Of a stretch of 64,000 bases of DNA, positions 56,573 through 64,000 are shown piece after piece (position 1 is the stretch's first letter; each line of letters begins with the position of its first letter). The translations under genes and the position numbers were made by a program. The stretch lies in the NCBI GenBank assembly GCA_963751565.1, contig CAVVVA010000014.1, positions 40,139 through 104,138 on the forward strand, given 5' to 3'. The stretch comes from an uncultured Actinomycetes bacterium. Lineage in GTDB: Bacteria; Actinomycetota; Thermoleophilia; UBA2241. The notes under the pieces are model-generated. The model worked only from the letters and a program-made list of their open reading frames with translations. It did no database searches and had not been told where the DNA came from.

Positions 56573-57742
56573 ATGGCCCTGCGGATCTCCCACCGCCGGT
56601 TCTCCCCTGGCCGAACCCGGTCGCTCGAAGCGGCGGGGCTCGTCGCGGCTGCCGTCGTGGCGGTGGCGTTCCTCGTCTGGGGGGCCCACATGGGCCGGGC
56701 CGGCGAACCCGCCGGCGCCACGCTGTGGCCCGCGGGCGACGGCAGCCTCGTCGTGTGGAGGAGCGGCGCCGGGTCTCTCACGGCTCGCCTGACCGACGCC
56801 GCCGGGTTCTCGACCGACAGCGCGCTCGGCGCCGGAAGCGACGCGCGCCTGATCGCCGGCGAGCCGCGTCCCGTCGTCCTTCTGACCGTCCCCGGCGGCG
56901 GCCATCGCCTGGTCCGCTACGCACCCGCCACCGGCGCCTGGACGACGATCGCCGCCTCGCTCGACCCCGCCGACCTGACGACCGCCGCGCTGGCCCGCGG
57001 TCTGGCCTACCTGCCGGTGGGGACGGGGAGGCGGGCGGCGGTGATCGCCGTCGGTCCGGACGGCCGCACCGTCGCCCGCATCCCCCTCCCTGTCCTCGAG
57101 CCCGACCCGCACTCGCTCATGGCCCTGCCGGGCAGTGGAGCCGGCGCCGGCAAGGCGAGCCGCGGCCACGTCGCCGCGCTGCTCGTCGCCGATGGCGACG
57201 TGCTGGCGATCACCTCGACGCCGGCCGCAGCCGCGGTCACCGACCTGCGCACGAAGGCAAGCGTCTCACTGGCGGGCTACACTCAGATCGTGGCGGCGAC
57301 CGTGGGCGGCGACGGCATCGTCTCCATCCTCGCCGGGCGCGCCGACCCGGCCTTCACGCTGCGCTTCCTGCGCGTCGACCCGCGCACGATGCGCGTCCTG
57401 TCGGCCTGGGACACGGGTGTCGCCGCGACCCGGGAGCCCGGCTCGGCGCTGCCCACGCGCTTCGGCGCCGTCTTCTACCTGCCCGGCGTACCCGACTCGC
57501 TCGACGCCTACTCAGGGACGAACATCTGGCTCGTCGACGGCAGCGGCGCTCGCCAGAACTCGGCCGTGTCGTCGGACGTCGGGCTGCGCATGGGACCGGG
57601 CCGCGGCGACAGCGTGCTGTTCTACGGCAAGCCCGCCGGCGGCGTCGTGACGCGCCTCGACACCGACGACGGTGCGCTGAGCCGGGCGGACGCCCGGCTC
57701 AGCGCACCGTCGGGCGCCACCGTCGTGCTGGCCGCCGACTAG
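56573..57742 (+). CDS. Hypothetical N-terminally anchored (likely extracytoplasmic) protein
   Basis: Signal/anchor-like AAVVAVAFLVWGAHM. Begins 13 nt after the previous gene. Ala/Gly-rich, so coding status is only moderately supported. Confidence 0.4.
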   Translation: MALRISHRRFSPGRTRSLEAAGLVAAAVVAVAFLVWGAHMGRAGEPAGATLWPAGDGSLVVWRSGAGSLTARLTDAAGFSTDSALGAGSDARLIAGEPRPVVLLTVPGGGHRLVRYAPATGAWTTIAASLDPADLTTAALARGLAYLPVGTGRRAAVIAVGPDGRTVARIPLPVLEPDPHSLMALPGSGAGAGKASRGHVAALLVADGDVLAITSTPAAAAVTDLRTKASVSLAGYTQIVAATVGGDGIVSILAGRADPAFTLRFLRVDPRTMRVLSAWDTGVAATREPGSALPTRFGAVFYLPGVPDSLDAYSGTNIWLVDGSGARQNSAVSSDVGLRMGPGRGDSVLFYGKPAGGVVTRLDTDDGALSRADARLSAPSGATVVLAAD

Positions 57743-57791
57743 CGTGCCCGCAGACGGGACGACCCGCGCCTGGACCTCTCGGGGAGTCTTC

Positions 57792-60700
57792 TCAGGCGCC
57801 ACGGCCGAGCCGGCGCGCCTCGCGGGCGCGCAGCCGCCAGGCAAAGCCCGCGAGGCGCGCGGCGTCGATGGGGTCGCCGTCGTTGTACACGAAGAGCAGC
57901 GGAAAGTCGGCGCCGCGGCGGAGCTGTGCTTCGCTCACCAGCGCCGGGCCGCAGCCCCGCGGCGAGACTACGACGACGCCGTCGACGGGCTGCGTGTCCC
58001 AGGTCAGCAGTGAGCTGCCGATCGTGGGAATGGACTCACCGAACGGGTAGCCGTCGAACAGCGGCTCGCTGGCTCTCCAGACGTCGCCGACGTCGTGCCA
58101 GAACACCCAGGGTTCGTGGGGCCGCGCGACGCCCAGCAGCCGCTTGACCACGTAGCGCATGAACTTGAGGGTCGCCACGCGCTTCGCGCCGAGCCGGGTC
58201 GTGACGCCGTGGTCGCGGGCGTCGCGCAGGGCGAGCAGCTCGAAGATCTCGCCGAACGGCTCGAAGATGACGCGTAGACCCTCGTCGGCGAGCTTGCGCT
58301 GCAGCTCGTCGTTGCCCCACTCGTCGACGCGCAGGTAGATGTCGCCGCACAGAAAGACGGTGCGCAGATCGTCGCCGGGGCGCCCGCCACCGGAGAGCGC
58401 CGCGAACCCGCGCGCGGCCTCGGCGATGAGCGCCTCGCAGAGCGACAGCAGCGCGCGCGCATCGCTCAGTCCCTTGACCTTGCCGGTCAGCCGGGGCGCC
58501 GCCAGCAGCGCCTCGAGGCGGTCGGCGTAGGCGTGGTAGAGCGCGTCGGAGGCCCCGCGGCGCGGCTCGGTGGCGTAGTGGTAGAAGCGCATCATGTTGA
58601 GCAGGTCGGCGGCCACCGAGCCGACCCACACCACCGAGGTCAGCGACCAGTCCTCGAAGAGCAGCGTGAAGTCGGCCACCTCGACCGCGCCGTCGTAGCC
58701 GAGGCGCTCGAGCTGGATCTGCTGGGCCACCGGGAACAGGTTGGCCCGGCAGGCCTGAAAGCCGCGGCCGATGCTGACGAACACGACGCCGCCCTCGCCG
58801 ATCGTGTCGCCGGCGCGCTCCAGGTAGTCGGCCAAGCGTGCCCCAGATGAGCTGGTAGGGCAGGCACTCCTTGCCCGAACAGCCTTGACGGGCCTTGTCC
58901 AGGGCGGCGGGCGAGGTGAGCCCGACGGAACGGGCGTCGAGGCCGGCGCCGCGCATGGCGGCGGCCGCGAAGCGGCCGCCGCTCCCGCCGATGTTGCCGA
59001 ACAGGAAGGTGCGCTCGCGGTTGTTGCGCAGCGACACGGCGACCGGCCTCTCGCACCGCTCCAGGCGGTGCGGGTCGACGGGGCTGGGGGCGAGCGCTCC
59101 GGAGCCGCCGTCGGGCGCTGACGCGCCGCGAGCGCCGCCGGTCGCGGTCACGCCGGCTTTCGCGGCGGCGCGCGCCTCGCGATACCCCGAAACGGCGTAC
59201 AGGAACGCCTGCACGCGGGTGACGTAGCCGGCGCTGCCGCCGTGGCCGTCGCTTTCGAGCACCGTGTGCGGGTAGTCGGAGAGCAGGTCGTCGAAGAGGT
59301 GCTCGACGAGCGAGTTCGGGCCGCAGCCGTAGGCGCAGAGCAGCAGCGGGAACACGTCGCCGGCCGCGGCGGCCGAGAGCGCGGCGCGCAGGGTCTCGCC
59401 GGCGCCCGCCCAGTGGACGCAGCGCAGCGCCGGCGCCGCCTCGCCGACCGGGAAACAGTCGAGCGGCAGCGGCACGGCGCCGTTGGCGGCGACGAGCTCG
59501 TGGATCCCCGAGTTGATCACCTCGTCGTGGACGACGTGGACCTCGCCCACGACGAGCACGACCGGCACGCCTTGGGCGCGCGCGAACTCGAGCGCCCGCG
59601 CGCCGATCTCGCCCAGGCCGCGCTCGTAGCGCTCCCAGACGGCGCACGCCGCGGTCTGGGCGGCGGCCACGGCCGCCGGCTTGCGGACGCCGAGCATGAG
59701 CGCCGCCTCTTCGAGCTCGCGCAGCGCGTCGGGTCCGGCGAATCCGTCGGCCTTCGTGGCAAAGAAGACCGGCCGCACCACCGGCGGCGCCGACGGGTCC
59801 GAGGCCAGGGCATGGTCGAGCATCTGCGGCGTGCCCTGGGCGATCGGACAGGTGTACGTGCCGGCGGCGCCGTGCGACGGCAGGTTGATGAACGCCGGCG
59901 CGAAGAGCGCATCGAGCGGCGCGGCGTCCGGCGCGGCGTCCGGCAGCTGGGTGAGGCCGTGGGCGATCTTGACCGGCGCGCAGGCGCCGGGCGCCGCGCA
60001 GCGCCGGTCGCCGAGGGCCAGCGTCTCGACCGTCGGTCGCAGCACCTCGACCTCGGCGCCCAGGGCCGCCAGGAAGGCGGCGAAGAAGGGCAGCGTGTCG
60101 ATCAGGTAATGAGCCTGCGGCAGGCCGATGCGGCGGCCGGCCAGCGGGCCGGCCGATGCGGCGGCCCGCGCCGTCCCCCCCAGCAGCCCGGCCAGCAGCT
60201 CGTCGCGCTCGCGGTACGGGTTGGGCGCGTCCTTGGCCAGCTTGGCGCCCACCTCGGAGCGCTCGTCGTACTTGGGGCAGTTGCCGCCGCTCACGATGCG
60301 GCGGCGCTCGCCGGCCACTTCGACGATCGCGGTCTCGAGCCGGCACAGGTTGGCGCAGCGCCGGTCGCCGCAGCGGCCGCTCTTGCGCTCCACGACGCGG
60401 GCCGACGCGAAGACGTCGAGGTCGATCGGTGAGTCACCGACCGCGGCGTCGGGCGCCGGTCTCCCGGCGCGCGCCGCTTCGGTGGCGAGCAGGGCGATCC
60501 CCAGCGCCCCCATGGCGCCCGGGTTCGGCGGCACCACGACCTCGCGCCCGGTGACCGCCGCCAGGGTGCGCGCCAGCGAGGGGTTGCTGGCCGGTTTGCC
60601 CTGGAAGAAGACGCGATCTTGAAAGCGGCGGTCGCCCATCACGCGGCCGATGTAGTTCTTGATCACCGAGTACTGCAGCCCGGCGAAGATGTCGCTGCGG

Positions 60701-62321
60701 CTGAAGCCGTCGGCCAGCGCCTCGGCGGCGACGTCGGAGACGAACACGGTGCAGGTCTGGCCCAGGTCGGGCGGGCTCTGGGAGCGCGCCGCCAGGACGC
60801 CGAACCCGGCGATGTCGTCGAGCCCGTGCGCCAGCGCCTGCTCTTCGAGGAACGAGCCCGTCCCGGCGCTGCAGACGCGGTTCATGTCGGACTCCAGCAC
60901 GCGCCCGTCGCGCACGTTCACGAACTTGGCGTCCTGGCCGCCGATCTCGACGATCGACAGGCTGCGGCCGCCCTCCGAGTCGAAGCGCACGGCCGCCGCG
61001 GCGTGCGCCACGATCTCGTTCAACACCGTCAGACGCGCGGCGAGCCCGGGGTAGGCGGCGCGCATCACCGTCGCCACGGCATCGCGACCCGAGCCGGTCA
61101 GGCCGACCGCGACCACGCGGTCGCGCGGCCGCGCCGCGCGCAGGTCGGAGACGAGGCGCTTGGCCGCCTCGACCGGGTTGCCGTCGGTGCGCCGGTACAC
61201 GTCGGCCAGCACGGCGCCGGAGAGGGGCTCGACCAGCACGCCCTTCGAGCCCGTCGAGCCCAGGTCGAGACCGAGCACGACCGACGCCGCGGCGCGGGAC
61301 TTCGGTTCGGCCGGCGCGCGCCGGCGCGGCGGCGGCGCGAGCCGTCCGCGCCGACGTGGTCGCCGTCGCCGTCGACGGCGAGCTGCACGACCGACCCCGG
61401 TCCGTCGGCCGCCGGCGCCAGCGCCCGCACGCGGCCGCGGCGTTCGACCACCATCGTCTCGGGACGCTCCGGCCACTCGAGCCCGCTCCAGTCGCGAGCG
61501 GCGGCGATCCGCAACGCGCCGAGCGCCTCGAACACGCCGGCCTCGGCCGGCACCTCGACGGGCTCCGACACCAGCGCGCGAAAGGCCTCGACCAGCGGCC
61601 CGATCAGCGCCCCGTGACCGACGAGCACCACCGGACCATCGACCTTGGCGCGGTCGTACAGGGCGTGCACGTTGCGCGCCACGCTTTCGAACAGCCCGCG
61701 AAACAGGCGGCCGTGGTCCTCGCCCTGGTTGGCGAAGTGCGTCAGCTCGCTCTTGGCAAAGACGGCGCAGCGCGACGTGACGCTGATGCCGCGGTCGGCG
61801 GCCGCCGCGAGCGAGACGGCCTCGTCGAGGCCGCAGCCCAGACGTCCGCAGAGCCCCTCGACGGTCTCGCCGGTGCCGGCCGAGCAGCGCTCGTTGGTTT
61901 CGTAGCCGATCCGTCCGGCGGCGTCGCGCGTGAGCACCGAGTAGCCGCTGCCGCCGATGCGCACCACGTTGAGGGCGCCCTCGTCGCCGTAGAGCGTGCG
62001 GACCGCCCACTCCTGGGCGATCTCCTCGGGGATGCCGGCGAGCGCGGGCGTCGTCAGGCGGTCGCCGAAGGCGCCCGCCGCCACGACGCCCGCGACCCGC
62101 GCCGGCCCGAGCGAGCGGTACAGCGAGAAGAACGGCGCCAGCGGTTCGCCGAGGTGGCGCACGGCGCTGGTCCCCTCGACGGTGAGCGACCCGTCGTCGC
62201 CGGTCCGGCCCCACGCCAGCGAGGTCGTGACCTTGCCGGCGTCGACGCCGATCAGACGGCGCGCGCCATCGTCGCCGACGCCGGGGGTGAGTGCGGAAGG
62301 CCCGTGCATGCCGTACAGCAT
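57792..62321 (-). CDS. Large fusion: two BadF/BadG/BcrA/BcrD-type ATPase (CoA-enzyme activase) domains plus a 2-hydroxyacyl-CoA-dehydratase-like (DUF2229/HgdB-like) module; apparently split by two frameshifts
   Basis: ATPase domain 1 (LIGVDAGKVTTS...ERCSAGTGETVEGL) lies in the frame of ORF 61098..62786. ATPase domain 2 (VLGLDLGSTGSKGV...NRVCSAGTGSFLEE) plus the dehydratase-like region lie in ORF 58036..62352. The C-terminus (ADYLERAGDTIGEGG...) lies in ORF 57792..58835. Junctions are at about 61330-61365 and about 58845-58860. Confidence 0.65.
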
Positions 62322-62377
62322 ACGACATGGACATCGGGAGCCGTGGCCGCACGACCGACGCGCCGGCGTTCTCGCTC

Positions 62378-62992
62378 CTACGCCAGCCCGAGGCGCGCCA
62401 GCTCGTCCTCGTTGAAGCCGAAGTAGTGCGCCGTCTCGTGGAGCACGGTGACCCGGATCTGCCGCCTGAGCTCGCGCTCGTCGGCGCTGGCCCGCTCGAT
62501 GTTGCGCGCGAAGAGGTGGATGGTGTCGGGATAGCCCGGGCCGAGGGTCGACTGGCGAGGCATCGACAGGCCGTGAAAGAGCCCCAGGATGCGCGGGTCG
62601 GTGCCGTCGCGCACCATCTCCTCGGAGGGGCGGTCGTCGGCGATCAGCGGCACGTTGCGCAGACGCTCGAGCACCTCGGGCGGCAGCTCGTCGAGGGCGT
62701 CCTGGACGACGCGCGCGAACTCGGCCGCGCCGAGTCCGCGCGCGTCGTCGTCGCCCTCGACGTCGAGCCGCCGCGCCTCGAGCCACTCGGCGACCATGCC
62801 GCCGCGGTCGCCCATGTCCTCGCAGGCCACACCCAGCAGATGATGAAGGTCGGCGCGGTCGTCGAGGTCGGCCACGCCGCGCGCGAGCAGCGGCCGCAGC
62901 AGGCCGGCGACCTTGTCGGCGGCGCCCGCCTCGAGCAGGTCCCAGGCGCGTTCGATGGCTCGATCGATCTCGGCAGGCGATGGCGCAGACAC
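62378..62992 (-). CDS. Zincin-like metallopeptidase-family protein (HExxH)
   Basis: C-terminal VLHETAHYFGFNEDEL motif; N-terminal helical region. Confidence 0.7.
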   Translation of the reverse strand: MSAPSPAEIDRAIERAWDLLEAGAADKVAGLLRPLLARGVADLDDRADLHHLLGVACEDMGDRGGMVAEWLEARRLDVEGDDDARGLGAAEFARVVQDALDELPPEVLERLRNVPLIADDRPSEEMVRDGTDPRILGLFHGLSMPRQSTLGPGYPDTIHLFARNIERASADERELRRQIRVTVLHETAHYFGFNEDELARLGLA

Positions 62993-63243
62993 CGCAGGCA
63001 GGCCCCTAGCGGACGGCCGCGGCGTCCCCGCGCCGCAACGAGCTCGCTCTGTCTGCTCTCATGGCTTGTCTTTCCGTGGTCGCCCGGTTCTCGCGCGTGG
63101 TGTCGCCTCGCACCCATGGGCACGTGGGTTGCCGTCGTGAGGCACGAGCAAACCGTTGCCCGGGGAGTCGGCCGGGTGGCCGGGCCCACCGCTGCCCGGG
63201 CGAGGGCGGCCGCGGGACCGGGCTCCGCGCCGCGCGGCGGGAG

Positions 63244-64000
63244 TCAGGCCGGCGCGGGAGCATCCGCGGACAGGCCGATCACGGCGCTCGTGGCGCGGTC
63301 GAAGAAGTGCATCGTGTCGATCTCGACGGCCAGCCGGTAGAGGTCGCCGGCCCGGCAGGCGCAGTGGTAGTCGACCTGGGCGGTGCAGATCGTCTGGCTG
63401 GCGCCGGCCAGCAGCGGCGCCTGCGTCGCGTCGGCGGCGGCCGACTTGCCCGTGTCGATCACGACCGGCGGCGCGTCGAGCGCGAAGATCAGGTTCTTCT
63501 CGGAGCCGAGCTCCTCGACCACGTCGACCTTCACGTCGATCGTCGGCCGCGACTCGTCGCGACGGAGCGCGGCGTCGGAGAAGTCCGACGGCCGGATGCC
63601 GATCACGATCGTCTGTCCCTCGAAGGCGTGCAGGTCGCGGGCGCGGGGCACCGGCAGCGAGAGACCGGCGAAGGAGACGCGGTCGCCCTCGACCCGCGCC
63701 TCGATCAGGTTCATCGAGGGTGAGCCCATGAAGGCCGCCACGAACAGGTTGACGGGGTGATGGTAGAGGTTCTGCGGTCTGTCGAGCTGCTGGATGACGC
63801 CATTGTTCATGACCGCCACGCGGTTGCCCAGCGTCATCGCTTCGACCTGGTCGTGGGTGACGTAGACGGTCGTCGTCTCGAGCCGGTCGCGCAGGTGGGC
63901 GAGCTCGGCGCGCATCTGCACGCGCAGCTTGGCGTCCAAGTTGGAGAGCGGCTCGTCCATGAGGAACGCCTGGGGTTCGCGGACCATCGCCCGGCCCATG
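63244..64000 (-). CDS. ABC transporter ATP-binding protein (MalK/UgpC-type with TOBE domain), 5' end beyond the window
   Basis: Signature-distal motifs (LSNLDAKLR, Walker B/D-loop MDEPLSNLD, H-loop VTHDQ) and a C-terminal TOBE-like domain. The ORF runs off the window edge. Confidence 0.85.
   Translation of the reverse strand, partial: MGRAMVREPQAFLMDEPLSNLDAKLRVQMRAELAHLRDRLETTTVYVTHDQVEAMTLGNRVAVMNNGVIQQLDRPQNLYHHPVNLFVAAFMGSPSMNLIEARVEGDRVSFAGLSLPVPRARDLHAFEGQTIVIGIRPSDFSDAALRRDESRPTIDVKVDVVEELGSEKNLIFALDAPPVVIDTGKSAAADATQAPLLAGASQTICTAQVDYHCACRAGDLYRLAVEIDTMHFFDRATSAVIGLSADAPAPA

Noticed and set aside
58860-62352. N-terminal ~340 codons of the 1438 aa ORF (Arg-rich: RRRRWRAPSDRRRRRQG...)
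   Set aside because: Read-through of the upstream out-of-frame region of the same locus. The authentic N-terminus (ATPase domain 1) is in a different frame (ORF 61098..62786), so I treat this as a frameshift artefact, not protein.
63061-63760. Plus-strand ORFs (63061..63723, 63156..63731, 63383..63760) opposite the ABC ATPase gene
   Set aside because: Arg/Pro/Gly-rich shadow ORFs. The minus strand encodes an ATP-binding cassette protein with LSNLD, D-loop, H-loop and TOBE domain.

Overview
A ~64 kb, ~72% GC chromosomal segment that looks Actinomycetota-like. Supporting content: a PASTA-domain kinase-like protein, CcdA, type II NADH dehydrogenase, and abundant spurious Arg/Pro/Ala-rich antisense ORFs. 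I support about 58 protein-coding genes. There are no rRNA, tRNA or CRISPR loci and no transposase or integrase.

Main blocks, in order:
- **korDABG cluster (1483-7729).** A four-subunit 2-oxoacid:ferredoxin oxidoreductase cluster (delta-alpha-beta-gamma) on the minus strand. Three of the four junctions are 1-4 nt overlaps consistent with translational coupling. A ~990 aa fused FAD-oxidase/Fe-S protein lies directly upstream.
- **IR-bounded segment (7775-10675).** A ~2.3 kb segment carrying a DUF218 (SanA/YdcF-like) gene and ccdA. It is bounded by two ~300 bp near-identical inverted repeats that are themselves built from ~40-45 bp tandem units.
- **FmdB/galE/Rrf2/TPR (10750-13370).** An FmdB zinc-ribbon gene behind a perfect AT-rich palindrome, then galE, an Rrf2 regulator and a TPR protein.
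- **pncA/pncB (13383-16536).** NAD salvage genes plus a CbiA-like protein with degenerate catalytic motifs.
- **Signalling neighbourhood (16765-27094).** Histidine kinase, CheY-like regulator, membrane GGDEF, a BlaI-family repressor upstream of a DUF885 zincin-like gene, and two tandem paralogous 3xGAF-GGDEF genes.
- **Envelope operon (27129-31186).** A four-gene minus-strand operon: DAGK-like lipid kinase, MBOAT O-acyltransferase, SGNH/DUF459 hydrolase and ArfB.
- **Metabolic cassette (31369-36492).** A Cys-rich Fe-S protein, LapA-like protein, ornithine cyclodeaminase/mu-crystallin and two aminotransferases.
- **Remainder (36676-64000).** YbhN/MprF-like protein, adenosine deaminase, a PASTA-domain pseudokinase, cardiolipin synthase, aquaporin, PPK2, MTA/SAH nucleosidase, NDH-2, SDR, SulP, DUF2252, EamA and MFS transporters. 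Then a ~1500 aa BadF/BcrA-type double ATPase fused to a 2-hydroxyacyl-CoA-dehydratase-like module, a zincin-like peptidase, and a truncated ABC ATPase at the window end.

At least five apparent single-base frameshifts interrupt otherwise clearly coding genes, so either there are assembly indels or several pseudogenes.
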